DNA from: an uncultured Candidatus Binatia bacterium
GTDB taxonomy: Bacteria; Desulfobacterota; Binatia; UBA9968; CAXXLF01
Direction of reading: 5' to 3'
NCBI GenBank assembly: GCA_965218425.1
Contig: OZ244621.1
Coordinates: 4,288,001-4,352,000, forward strand
DNA: 64,000 nt
The notes below the pieces were generated by a model. The model was not told the DNA's origin, ran no database searches, and saw only the letters and a list, made by a program, of their open reading frames with translations. Below are positions 49,134-58,630 of the stretch, one piece after another (the stretch's first letter is position 1; every line of letters starts with the position of its first letter). Made by a program: the position numbers and the translations under genes.

Positions 49134-50273
49134 TCAAGGAATGACAGTTTTCTTCTGTGCGGTGGCCCGGCGATATTTAATCGGAGGCATTCCAATGGGA
49201 ATTCCTTCCTTTGCCAATTCCGCCTCGTATATGGATCGGACCTCCCGAGGCTCATCCTCATGCTCCATAATATGACCGCCTTCCAGCTCGCTGGTGGTGG
49301 GCAGCCAGATGGTTCCCACGCCACGGAGTCCGCTACGAAGCGCGAGGTGTCGGGCCGGTTCCTTGCTGGTGGTGAAATGGGAATGGTACCACCCCTCGGG
49401 TGGGACCAGGAGACTACCCCTGCGCCAATCAACTTTAACGAACTCTCCGCCTGGCGGCCACATGAGACTGTACCCCTTTCCGCCAAGAACGACGACTTGC
49501 GCCCCTGGGCCATGCCGGTGAGGTTTTCTGTACGTCCCGCTTTCGATCTGCATGATGTGGCCGATCATCGCAGTGTTATTGGAACCGCTGATTCCAAGAC
49601 GACTGAATCCTGCACCGCGGGTGGGATACTTGGTTAGTTGGACCGCCTCCGCATCGGGAATAAAGTTGACGGATGTATCTTCCAGTATCCCCGGTTTCAT
49701 TTCGGCACTGAAATAATCGCTCTCACCTGAAAAACGATCGGCAAATTCATAGGGGGCATTAAAGATAAAATCCGTCGAGCCGAAGATATTGAAGATCAAG
49801 GGCGCGTTGTTAGCCGCCACAAACCGCACGGCCTCCGATGCCGAGCCATTGAAGTGCTGGAATTTGGTGTTCAAGGGCGGGGAAAAGATGCTGCCGGGTT
49901 GCCACTCCACGGTGGTTGCTTGATTGGTCCTGTCACACCAGATCTGGGTGGCCCCGTGGCCTTCCAGAATGAGAATCAATTCCTCATACATATGACGCAT
50001 GGGCTGAAGGCTCTGGCCAGGGGGTATCTCCGCCACCAGGGAACCCACATACCCCTGGGACCCCGCCAGATGACAGTAAGCGGCAGGACCTCCAAGCCGG
50101 TCCCACGGTTTCAATGGCGCAGTTCGCAGATCCTCTACGCCGTAACCGGCGATTACGGAAAGTCCCTCGTCCTCGCAAAACTTCAAAAATTGAGATTTTA
50201 CCAGGAATCTGCTTTTCGCCTCTGCCTCCAGATCAGTTAATGATCGGTTACTCGTCTTTGCCTCAACTGCCAT
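49134..50273 (-). CDS. Bicupin protein, third copy
   Basis: Start at ATG 50273 (AGGAGG SD). RHMYEE, VEWQPGSIFSPP, KPHRHGPG, WYHSHF. Confidence 0.75.
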   Translation of the reverse strand: MAVEAKTSNRSLTDLEAEAKSRFLVKSQFLKFCEDEGLSVIAGYGVEDLRTAPLKPWDRLGGPAAYCHLAGSQGYVGSLVAEIPPGQSLQPMRHMYEELILILEGHGATQIWCDRTNQATTVEWQPGSIFSPPLNTKFQHFNGSASEAVRFVAANNAPLIFNIFGSTDFIFNAPYEFADRFSGESDYFSAEMKPGILEDTSVNFIPDAEAVQLTKYPTRGAGFSRLGISGSNNTAMIGHIMQIESGTYRKPHRHGPGAQVVVLGGKGYSLMWPPGGEFVKVDWRRGSLLVPPEGWYHSHFTTSKEPARHLALRSGLRGVGTIWLPTTSELEGGHIMEHEDEPREVRSIYEAELAKEGIPIGMPPIKYRRATAQKKTVIP

Positions 50274-50283
50274 TGATTCCTCC

Positions 50284-50868
50284 TTACTTTTTACCCCAGT
50301 AATCGGGATGCTGGAGCACCGCATTTACAAAGGCCTCTTTCATGGGCCGGCCAGAGGTAACCCGCGGATCCCTTTTGATTCGCACCGTCTCCGCCTCAAC
50401 CTTGACCACGAAGAAATGCGGCCCTGGTTCTTTTACCGCCGGCTGTACGATCTTGATGAACTCGTCCAAGGTGCGGATGATTGCGGTCTTTTGGATACCC
50501 GCGCCCTGAGCCATCTTTTCCAGGTCCGTCCTCCGGGAGGTGAACGTGGGCCCCATCCTCGCATAGGATTCATTATCGAAAACGAAGACCATCAGGTTGG
50601 TCGGGTTGGCATCCGCCATGGTAATCACCGAGCTTGTATCGATCATGAAGCTTCCATCGGAGTCCAGGGCAATCACTTTCCGCTTGGGAAAAGCAAAACT
50701 GAGCCCTACTGAAAAACCGACGGTGAGTCCCATGTTCCAGGCATAGAAGTTTGCCCCCTTATCCCGCAGGGCAGGCCAGATGGCCGAGTTGGAAGACAGG
50801 CTCGTCACTACAGGGTCATTCACATCCACCCATTTAACAAGCTCCGCAAGACATTCAGCGCGATTCAC
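50284..50868 (-). CDS. ThDP-dependent decarboxylase beta subunit (ComE/phosphonopyruvate-decarboxylase-like)
   Basis: MGL.....GL...FP.RKVIALDSDGS...DNESY (GDG variant SDG). GTG start overlaps the alpha-subunit stop. Confidence 0.75.
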   Translation of the reverse strand: MNRAECLAELVKWVDVNDPVVTSLSSNSAIWPALRDKGANFYAWNMGLTVGFSVGLSFAFPKRKVIALDSDGSFMIDTSSVITMADANPTNLMVFVFDNESYARMGPTFTSRRTDLEKMAQGAGIQKTAIIRTLDEFIKIVQPAVKEPGPHFFVVKVEAETVRIKRDPRVTSGRPMKEAFVNAVLQHPDYWGKK

Positions 50869-51380
50869 CAGAGCACCTCCCCCGTTAAAAGCACCACCAC
50901 CGGCGAGTTATAATCATGGGCGGCAAAATTGGCATCCCGAAGGGCGCGCTGCAGATCGTTTTTCTTGCTCACCACGCGATACGGAACCTGGAGAGCGTTC
51001 AAGAGAGGCTCAGCCACTTGCCTGAAAAGTAAAAGCTGGGAGCCGGGAATGCCGCTGTGATCTCCAATATCCCCTCGATAGGATGCCAAAATCAAAAACG
51101 GGATTCCGTAACTGATGGCCGTTGACTGAGCTAGAGCCCAGGTACCCACCATGAGACCAGCGATGCCGGTAACGAATACGACTTTTCGTCCCCCCAGTGC
51201 AGCCCCCGCGCAGAGGGCGATGCCGTTTCCTTCCGCCGCCACCGTAAGGGAAGTAAAACTAGAGTCCTTGCGTATGGCCTCAGTTAGGGAGGAAGTGGGC
51301 TCCTCCGGCAGGGTCACCACCATATCGATCCCTTCTTCCTTGAAGGTCTCGATGATCAACCGACCTGATTCATTATCCAT
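50865..51380 (-). CDS. ThDP-dependent decarboxylase alpha subunit (ComD-like)
   Basis: GI..V.TLPE, EG.GIALCAGAALGG, IP.LIL.SYRG..G, EPLL.AL.VPY. Confidence 0.75.
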   Translation of the reverse strand: MDNESGRLIIETFKEEGIDMVVTLPEEPTSSLTEAIRKDSSFTSLTVAAEGNGIALCAGAALGGRKVVFVTGIAGLMVGTWALAQSTAISYGIPFLILASYRGDIGDHSGIPGSQLLLFRQVAEPLLNALQVPYRVVSKKNDLQRALRDANFAAHDYNSPVVVLLTGEVLW

Positions 51381-51449
51381 GATTCTCTTCCATCCTCGCT
51401 TTGGTAAATAAAATCAGTAAATTCTTTGAGTTATATCTGAGGTTAGAAT

Positions 51450-52859
51450 CTAAGGTCCTTTCCCTGGGGAGGGTGCCAGGGAAATCCCATAACGATCCCA
51501 TTCACGGCTAACCTTTTCCATGGCCTCCGGAGTCGGCTGACACACGGCAGGAAAATCCTTGGCGTTATAGCGGGTCGCATCGATGATCATCTTTGAACAA
51601 CGCGCGGGGCCAGCCTGTTCTTCTGGCGGTAAGGATGGGTCCAGAAAGATACCGGTGACCTCGCGCAGGATCTCCACATCCCGATGGGCCTGTACCCGCG
51701 TGGAAACCGCCCACTCCACCGCCACTGGGTCGGCGGGGTCCACGTCATGGTCCACCACCGTCACGTGTTTAATGTGGCGGCCGCTGGGAGAACCGAGCAC
51801 GGCCATGCCAACCATCTTGCCGTATCCCTCGAACAGTTTTTCCACGGAGAGTACAGCATGGAAAACACCGCATCCCCCTTCAGGGAGATGGATTGCTTTG
51901 ACTCCAGGCAATTTGATGGCGCGCAGGATCTCCGATTCCTTACCTACAGCCGTTAGCACGTCCGTCTCATGGGGCGGCGCCCCCTGGTAGGCCAGATGCT
52001 GAATGAAACCTTTGCGGTGCGTGATTGCGGTGACGTGAATGGTGGACCGGGGTAGTCTCGGTCCCCCGTAATGGCCGGTAAACTCGCCGAAGGGACCCTC
52101 TTCTCGCTTTTCAGCAGGCCTCACCTCTCCTTCGATCACCACTTCTGCATCGGCTGGCACCTCAAGGGGGACTGTCTTGCAAGGTACCGTTTCAATGGGT
52201 TTGCCGCGAAGCGCACCTGCCATGGCCAACTCGTCCGCCCCAAAGGGAAATGGGGAGCAAGCCGCCATGATCACCCGTGGGTCGGGCCCCATGACGATGG
52301 CCACGGGGAACGGTTCATTGGGCGATGTACGGTGCTGCAACATAATATGGGTGTAAGGACCGGAAAGGAGGCCCAGGGTGTGCTTGTCATGAACCATGTT
52401 GCGATAGACCCCTACGTTGCGCACCCCGGTGGTCAGGTCCCTGGTGATGTGGCAGGAAAGGGTGAGGTAGGGGCCGCCGTCACGGGCATTCAAGATGGGC
52501 GCGATAAGCCGGTTCAGGTCTGCCTCCTCTCCCAGCCAAACCTCTTCCTGACATTTCCCACTCTCAACCATAATAGGAGGCAACGGGTTACTTGCCCGCC
52601 GGTTCCATTCCGCGTGCATCTCCTCTTGCTTGCACTGCATGGCCAGCGCGTAGCGACGGCGCGTTGCTAACAGGTTGATCACCACCGGGATATCCCTTCC
52701 TCCCGGTTTTTCGAATAGCAATGCCGGACCGTAATTCTTGAGGCTTTTGACGCAAACAGCGCCAAACTCCTGGTTCAGATCCACGGGTACCTTCACCCGT
52801 GCAAGCTCTCCTTCTTTTTCCAGCAGTTCTATGAACTCACGCAAACCATTAAAGGACAT
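51450..52859 (-). CDS. UbiD-family decarboxylase
   Basis: LREFIELLEKEGEL, GPALLFE, DGGPY, NVGVYR, EGPFGEFTGHY, VDHDVD. Confidence 0.9.
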   Translation of the reverse strand: MSFNGLREFIELLEKEGELARVKVPVDLNQEFGAVCVKSLKNYGPALLFEKPGGRDIPVVINLLATRRRYALAMQCKQEEMHAEWNRRASNPLPPIMVESGKCQEEVWLGEEADLNRLIAPILNARDGGPYLTLSCHITRDLTTGVRNVGVYRNMVHDKHTLGLLSGPYTHIMLQHRTSPNEPFPVAIVMGPDPRVIMAACSPFPFGADELAMAGALRGKPIETVPCKTVPLEVPADAEVVIEGEVRPAEKREEGPFGEFTGHYGGPRLPRSTIHVTAITHRKGFIQHLAYQGAPPHETDVLTAVGKESEILRAIKLPGVKAIHLPEGGCGVFHAVLSVEKLFEGYGKMVGMAVLGSPSGRHIKHVTVVDHDVDPADPVAVEWAVSTRVQAHRDVEILREVTGIFLDPSLPPEEQAGPARCSKMIIDATRYNAKDFPAVCQPTPEAMEKVSREWDRYGISLAPSPGKGP

Positions 52860-52897
52860 GGATTCCTCTCCTCTAATCCCCGTTAACCACGCCGAGT

Positions 52898-54007
52898 CTA
52901 ACGAGGCATAACCTTTTTTATCAGTCCAACCACTTCTTTGCGCCGTTTTACAAAGGACTCATCCGAGGTCACCGGGAACTGATTGTTTTCCTTGGGCACC
53001 AGGATATTCAACACATGTTTCGTCGATACATCCTTTCGCATGGATGGCACGCCAGCCCCCTTACTCCAGCTCAGTTGACCCTCACGGGAAAGAACATAGT
53101 CGAGGTAAACCCTGGTGGCGTTGGGATGGGGGGCATTCCTTACCACCGAAATGTTACCGGCCCCCGCGGTAATGTAAGTACCTTCTTTCATGGTATTTGG
53201 ATCCGCCTGCTGGAGTGGCAATCCCTTGCCAACCATTTCAGTAGTCAAGACATCACTGGGGCCAATGGCAATGGGATATTTTCCCTTTGCCACAAAGTCC
53301 AAAATCTGGCGGTCGTTTCTCGCAACGATCAGGTTCTTGGCCAGCTTTCGAATAAAATTCGCCCCCAGTACATCATTGAAATACCAGAAGGTGGCCGTGC
53401 CGAGGCCGCCACCCGGTCTCGTGGGATCGCGAATGACGATTTTCCCCTTCCACTTGGGATCAAGCAATTCCTTCCAGGAGGTTATTTCTCCTGCGGACAC
53501 CATCTTTGGATTGAACACGAAAGGCGCCTTTACATAAGCGCTCATCACCAACGTGTATTTCCCGGCGGTGTCAGAGAATTTCAACTTTCCTCCACGCTAT
53601 TTCGATGGGTCCTTCGTACTGGGTCCACTAAGGTAAGGTGTGATGGGCACAATAGCGCCCGCCGGCAATAACCCCGTGAGTGCTGTGGTGGAGCCTCCGA
53701 TAAAAATGTCCGTTAGAAATTTCCTCGCCCCGTGTTCGTTCAGCATCTTTGGCAGGACTCGTGAGCCCCTCATGCCGCTGAATTCCACCTGGATCTCAGG
53801 ATGCTTTTTATTAAATTCCAGGGTCAGGGCGTCCTTGGTCCACGTCCCCTGGGGCCCGATGATCACCACCCTCCCCTCTTTTTCCGCCGCTGCCACAACC
53901 TGCTCCCAGTCAGATGCAGCGTATGCCGTGTCGGCAACAAACGAAACAACAGTTGTTACAAACAATACCGCCGCCATCAGAATGCCTGGAAAAATATTTC
54001 TCTTCAT
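52898..54007 (-). pseudogene. ABC substrate-binding protein interrupted by an in-frame TAG at 53597-53599
   Basis: The two ORFs share one frame: DPSK*RGGKLKFSD aligns with DESKWLGGKHKYND in paralog 6082. Start at ATG 54007 with signal peptide. Confidence 0.8.
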
Positions 54008-54088
54008 GGTCATGCCTCCTGCCAAAATCTAATCACCAACGGAATTCGAACTCAGGTTTTCCAAAATCATGGAATTAGTATTTCGGCC

Positions 54089-55735
54089 TTAACGGCCAAT
54101 GACGATATCTTTCTTTTCAGTGTCAGATGTGACTTTCTTCTGACGCTTCGCCGTTTTCTCCCCAACCTCCCGATATTTTCCTTCCACGATGAGCTTGGCA
54201 AATTCATCGTTATCCTTGGTCCAGTTTCCCAGGCTGTACCCATGCCACGGCTCCCGCAGCCTGGGTTGCGGCAGTTCGCTATGTTCGGCCCACATGGCCA
54301 TGGCTCGTTCCATGTACTTCCGGTCCGGCAATCCAACAGGGGGGTAGGCCCATTTTCGCGTTGCATTAAATAACAGCCGGCTGTGGTGGTAGTTCTGCAG
54401 CAACGATGCCCCGTAAACCATCTCCCCATGTCCTGATCCCGGCGGTGTCCCCGACGGATCCAGAGCGGGATTACGACCATGAACCACCTCGACATCGAGC
54501 TCAGGACGACACCGGTAGGCCATGGCCCAAAGCACGGCATCCCGGTCCCGAACGTCGATATCATGGTCCACGAGGACAATGTATTTTGATCCCCCCATCA
54601 ACCCTGCCGCCGCATGGAGCACGGTCCAGGGGTCCACTCCCCTCTGGCTCCGCAAGCGTATGAGGCACCACTCGCGCCCGCCGGCGCTATCGGGAAAGTG
54701 AATGTCCTCGATGGGATAGCCTGCTCCGTAGCAGAGGTGATCGTACAGCATGGTTGCATAGGTATAGCTCAAGATCGTGTTGGAGTCGCTGGGATACATT
54801 CCCACGGTTATGGGAGTAAATATTGCGTTCTTGCGGTGGGTGATGGCGGTCACCTGGATCACCGGAAAGTACGTAGATTCAGTTGACATATAACCCGGAT
54901 ACTCGCCAAAAGGCGTTAACTCTTCTGTGGTCTCAGTGGACATGAGCCCTTCGATAACAATCTCAGCCGATGCCGGCACCTCGAGGGGGATCGTCTTGCA
55001 CTTTACCAACTCCACTGGCTCACCCATGATTCCACCGGCCACCGCCAGTTCGTCGTATCTCCCATAGGGGATCGGAGCCGAAGCTACGATCATGACAACG
55101 GGGGTGGACCCTACGACGATGGCCACGGGCAATGGCTCTTTACGCTGTCTCGCCTTTGGCCAGTGATGGGCCATGGCATCGTGGAAAACGGCAGAGCCTG
55201 AGACGATCCGATCCCGGTCCCGGAAAAATCCGTTATAGGCCCCGAGATTACGCATTCCCGTCTCGGGATCCTTCGTAAGCATCGCGGTGCCTGTACGAAT
55301 CATGCAGCTAAAACCGGGTTCTTCCACCGGAGCCGGCAATTCATCCAGTCCCAACTCCTTTAGCTCTTTGCCAGTATGCACTTCCTCATGTACGGGACCG
55401 TTCTTGACAACCACCGGATCGATGGGATGCGCCATGCCATCATGCCACCGGTCCATAGCCTCCCGAACGGACTCGCAGCCCAAACCCCAGGCTACAAAAT
55501 CCGGCGCGGCCCCGTAAACCCCGGCCGCAACCCTCATGGGAAAGCGTTTTCCGTTGGCTCCTCGCACGTCGTCGAACTGCAGGATCTTCCGCTCTTCCTC
55601 AGGGAGCCCGCGCATCTCAACCCGAAAGAGCGGCATCAACTCCGTTTCTTTATTGACTGGTTCCGTGAACCTGTGAAGCCGACCTCGGCGCTGTACTTCG
55701 GCCATGAACTCCCGAAGATCCTTGAAGTACGCCAT
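54089..55735 (-). CDS. UbiD-family protein with an altered catalytic triad
   Basis: UbiD fold motifs present (DLREF, EIVIEG, PFGEYPGY, VDHDID), but NLGAYN and LTPFGE replace NxGxYR and EGPFGE. Confidence 0.85.
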   Translation of the reverse strand: MAYFKDLREFMAEVQRRGRLHRFTEPVNKETELMPLFRVEMRGLPEEERKILQFDDVRGANGKRFPMRVAAGVYGAAPDFVAWGLGCESVREAMDRWHDGMAHPIDPVVVKNGPVHEEVHTGKELKELGLDELPAPVEEPGFSCMIRTGTAMLTKDPETGMRNLGAYNGFFRDRDRIVSGSAVFHDAMAHHWPKARQRKEPLPVAIVVGSTPVVMIVASAPIPYGRYDELAVAGGIMGEPVELVKCKTIPLEVPASAEIVIEGLMSTETTEELTPFGEYPGYMSTESTYFPVIQVTAITHRKNAIFTPITVGMYPSDSNTILSYTYATMLYDHLCYGAGYPIEDIHFPDSAGGREWCLIRLRSQRGVDPWTVLHAAAGLMGGSKYIVLVDHDIDVRDRDAVLWAMAYRCRPELDVEVVHGRNPALDPSGTPPGSGHGEMVYGASLLQNYHHSRLLFNATRKWAYPPVGLPDRKYMERAMAMWAEHSELPQPRLREPWHGYSLGNWTKDNDEFAKLIVEGKYREVGEKTAKRQKKVTSDTEKKDIVIGR

Positions 55736-55948
55736 GCTTTCCGTCTCCTTATTATTTGAGAGATACTTTCCTCTAACCCGCGTGAACTACCTGCGACGCA
55801 AAAATCACGGGAAGGATCTCCCTGAACGGGCTCTAAACTAGGTATGTTCAGAGGGTCATAGTATAGTTGCCCCAGCATGTCAAATTGACTCACGGCATGG
55901 GTGGTGTTCGAACCGTGTTACACCAAATCCAGTGAAAACCACTTCCTC

Positions 55949-55978
55949 TTGACAAACAGAGCCCGGTCCCCGTAGTTT
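55949..55978 (+). promoter_or_regulatory. Putative sigma70 promoter TTGACA-N18-TAGTTT in a divergent intergenic region
   Basis: About 35 nt upstream of ATG 56013. Confidence 0.45.
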
Positions 55979-56012
55979 CTGCAGTGACGAAACCACAAAA
56001 GGGCGCACAACC

Positions 56013-57314
56013 ATGGACGACTACAATGTATTGACCCGGACCGGACCAGGGACTCCTTGTGGCGACTTGATGCGTCGCTATTGGCAGCCAGTATCCCTCT
56101 CCGAGGAACTGCCAACAGGAGGTTCATCTTTGTCCATCAGGTTACTCGGGGAGGACTTGGTTCTCTTCCGGGATGACAAGGACCGTCCGGGTCTTTTGGC
56201 CCTCCACTGCTCTCACAGGGGAGCCGACTTGAGCTACGGGCGCGTGGAGGACGGCGGATTGAGGTGCATCTATCATGGCTGGCTTTACGACATTCATGGA
56301 AACTGTCTGGAACAACCCGGCGAGCCCCTGGGAAGCAAGACATGTGAAAAAATTCGCCACAGGGCGTACCCCTGCCAAGAACGCAATGGTCTTATCTTCG
56401 CCTACCTCGGCCCTGGGGAACCTCCAGAACTGCCGAATTATGAGTTTTTGACCAACCCCGAGGAACATGTGTTCGTCACCAAGATCTTCAGCGAGTGCAA
56501 CTACCTCCAGGGCAACGAAGGGAACATTGACCTCCTCCACGTTTCGTTCCTCCATTACAGTGATAGGGATTTGCGCGAGGAGGGAGGTGCAAACAAACCT
56601 GGTGTGGCTGGAACCTCGGAGGCGTTATGCACCAGGGGTTCCGCGCCCCAGTTGGAGAGGTGTGAAGCGGAGATCGTCGACGTTGGACTCCGGGTCTGCA
56701 AGCTTCGCACCATCGGACCCGACAGGGAATACATCCGAGTCGGGACGTTGGTCCTCCCGAACCTCTACGCCTTCCCGGCAGGAGGTCTCAACTGGCATGT
56801 ACCCATTGACGATACCCACCACTGGAAATACATCGTCGCATTCGACCGGAACAAGCCCTACGATAAGCAAGCGCTTCGTCGCAGCCGAGACCGGTTTACC
56901 CCACCACCCCACTACATACCGGTCCTGAACAAGGCCAACCGTTACCAGCAGCATCGTGATTCCATGAGGTCGGGGAGTTACAGCGGAATCGATAAATGGA
57001 ATTTTCCTGCCCAGGACCTTTGTGTGACGGAAGGGGCCGGCCAGATCCAAGACCGCACACGTGAGCATCTCATGCCCTCCGACCAACCCCTCGTGATCGG
57101 CCGCAAGCTGCTGCAAGGCGCCATCCACGACGTACTAGACGGACGTGACCCTCCCGCCCTGGTGCGTGACCCGAAACGGAACCGTTTTCCAACCATTGTG
57201 GCAACCAATGGTATAATCCCGAGCTCGCTGGATTGGAGGGAGCATTGTCGCAAACTGGTTGACGAAGGCCGAGGTTGGGTTGGTAGACCGGCCACTGCGA
57301 ATACCGCAAGCTGA
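56013..57314 (+). CDS. Rieske oxygenase large subunit (phthalate 4,5-dioxygenase-like)
   Basis: CSH...CIYH, EGNIDLLH...LH, AQD. Confidence 0.9.
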   Translation: MDDYNVLTRTGPGTPCGDLMRRYWQPVSLSEELPTGGSSLSIRLLGEDLVLFRDDKDRPGLLALHCSHRGADLSYGRVEDGGLRCIYHGWLYDIHGNCLEQPGEPLGSKTCEKIRHRAYPCQERNGLIFAYLGPGEPPELPNYEFLTNPEEHVFVTKIFSECNYLQGNEGNIDLLHVSFLHYSDRDLREEGGANKPGVAGTSEALCTRGSAPQLERCEAEIVDVGLRVCKLRTIGPDREYIRVGTLVLPNLYAFPAGGLNWHVPIDDTHHWKYIVAFDRNKPYDKQALRRSRDRFTPPPHYIPVLNKANRYQQHRDSMRSGSYSGIDKWNFPAQDLCVTEGAGQIQDRTREHLMPSDQPLVIGRKLLQGAIHDVLDGRDPPALVRDPKRNRFPTIVATNGIIPSSLDWREHCRKLVDEGRGWVGRPATANTAS

Positions 57315-57357
57315 ATCATGAAGTAACATAGGTGAACCCTACGGAAGGAGTTTTAGC

Positions 57358-58584
57358 ATGGCAGATGTTTTAAGGTTGGGCATCGTGGGCCTGGGAATGG
57401 GAGCTGGCCGGGTCATACCGGAGATCGCTCACCTTCCTTTTATCAAGCTGACGGCCGGGGCAGACGTTCGCCCACATGCGCTTAACCAGTTCCGAGAAGA
57501 GTTTGGAGCAGAGACGTATCAGAGCGTGGAAGAGATGTGCCAGAGCCCGAATGTGGACGCCGTTTATGTTTGCACGCCACATAATTACCACTGTGAGCAC
57601 ACCATCACGGCACTGACAAATAAGAAGCATGTCATTGTTGAAAAGCCCATGGCCCTTTCCATCGAAGAATGTGAGGCCATGAACCAGGCAGCGGAAGCCA
57701 ATGGAGTCAAACTCCTGTGCGGTCATACCCACAGTTTCGACCCGCCTATTCAAAAGATGGCCGAAGTGGTTCGCAGCGGACAATTGGGCCGAACACTGAT
57801 GATCAACAGTTCCTATTACAAAAACTTTATCTACCGACCGTTCTCAGATCAAGATGTGGGCATGAGCCGAGGCGTCGTCTTGAATCAAGGGCCCCACCAG
57901 GTAGACATTGTACGTCTCCTGGGCGGCGGCAAGGTTCGAAGCGTTCGGGCCATGGCCGGAGTCGGTGATCCTACGCGAGGAGAACCCAGACCGGCAGAAG
58001 GGCATTACGTTTGTTATCTCGAGTTTGAAAACGGCGTCCCAGCCAGTTTAGTTTTTAGCGGGTATGCCTACCTGGACACTGCCGAACTCGTCTGGGGCAT
58101 CGGTGAGGGAGGACAGCCGATTGATCCCCAGTCCTTCGTCAATGCCCATCGGTTTTTCAAGGAGGTCGGCACCGGACTGGACCGCAAAAAGAAAATGGAG
58201 CAGCTCCTGGAATCATGGCGGTATGGGGGAACCAACGTGGGCGAGTGGTTCCACAGCGGTAGTTCCGGTCAACTACCAGGGAAGCGACATCAACCCTTCT
58301 TTGGGCTTAACATCGTGACCTGCGAGAAAGGCGATATCCGTCAATCACCGGATGGAATTTACCTTTACACCGACCAGGGACGCAATGAGGTCCCCATACC
58401 TGCGGGGGCCCATGGCCGGGAGGCTGAAATACGTGAACTCTACGAAGGCGTCGTGAACGGCCACCCGGTGTTCCATGATGGCCGGTGGGGTGAGGCCACA
58501 CTGGAGGTTAGCCTGGCCATTCTCCAGTCAGCGGAGGAAAGACGAGAGATTCCGATGTCCCATCAAGTGGCGGTACCGAACTAA
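57358..58584 (+). CDS. Gfo/Idh/MocA oxidoreductase, cis-dihydrodiol dehydrogenase-like
   Basis: GIVGLG, VEKPM, GHTHSFD, NQGPHQVD, HDGRWGEATLEV. Confidence 0.9.
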   Translation: MADVLRLGIVGLGMGAGRVIPEIAHLPFIKLTAGADVRPHALNQFREEFGAETYQSVEEMCQSPNVDAVYVCTPHNYHCEHTITALTNKKHVIVEKPMALSIEECEAMNQAAEANGVKLLCGHTHSFDPPIQKMAEVVRSGQLGRTLMINSSYYKNFIYRPFSDQDVGMSRGVVLNQGPHQVDIVRLLGGGKVRSVRAMAGVGDPTRGEPRPAEGHYVCYLEFENGVPASLVFSGYAYLDTAELVWGIGEGGQPIDPQSFVNAHRFFKEVGTGLDRKKKMEQLLESWRYGGTNVGEWFHSGSSGQLPGKRHQPFFGLNIVTCEKGDIRQSPDGIYLYTDQGRNEVPIPAGAHGREAEIRELYEGVVNGHPVFHDGRWGEATLEVSLAILQSAEERREIPMSHQVAVPN

Positions 58585-58630
58585 GCAAGAACCGAAAAGA
58601 AGGCTAGCCGAACACAAGAGGAGAACTCGT

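Noticed and set aside
53597..53599. Pyrrolysine or amber recoding
   Set aside because: The codon replaces a conserved Trp by one transition, TAG ends many other genes here, and no pyl genes are present.
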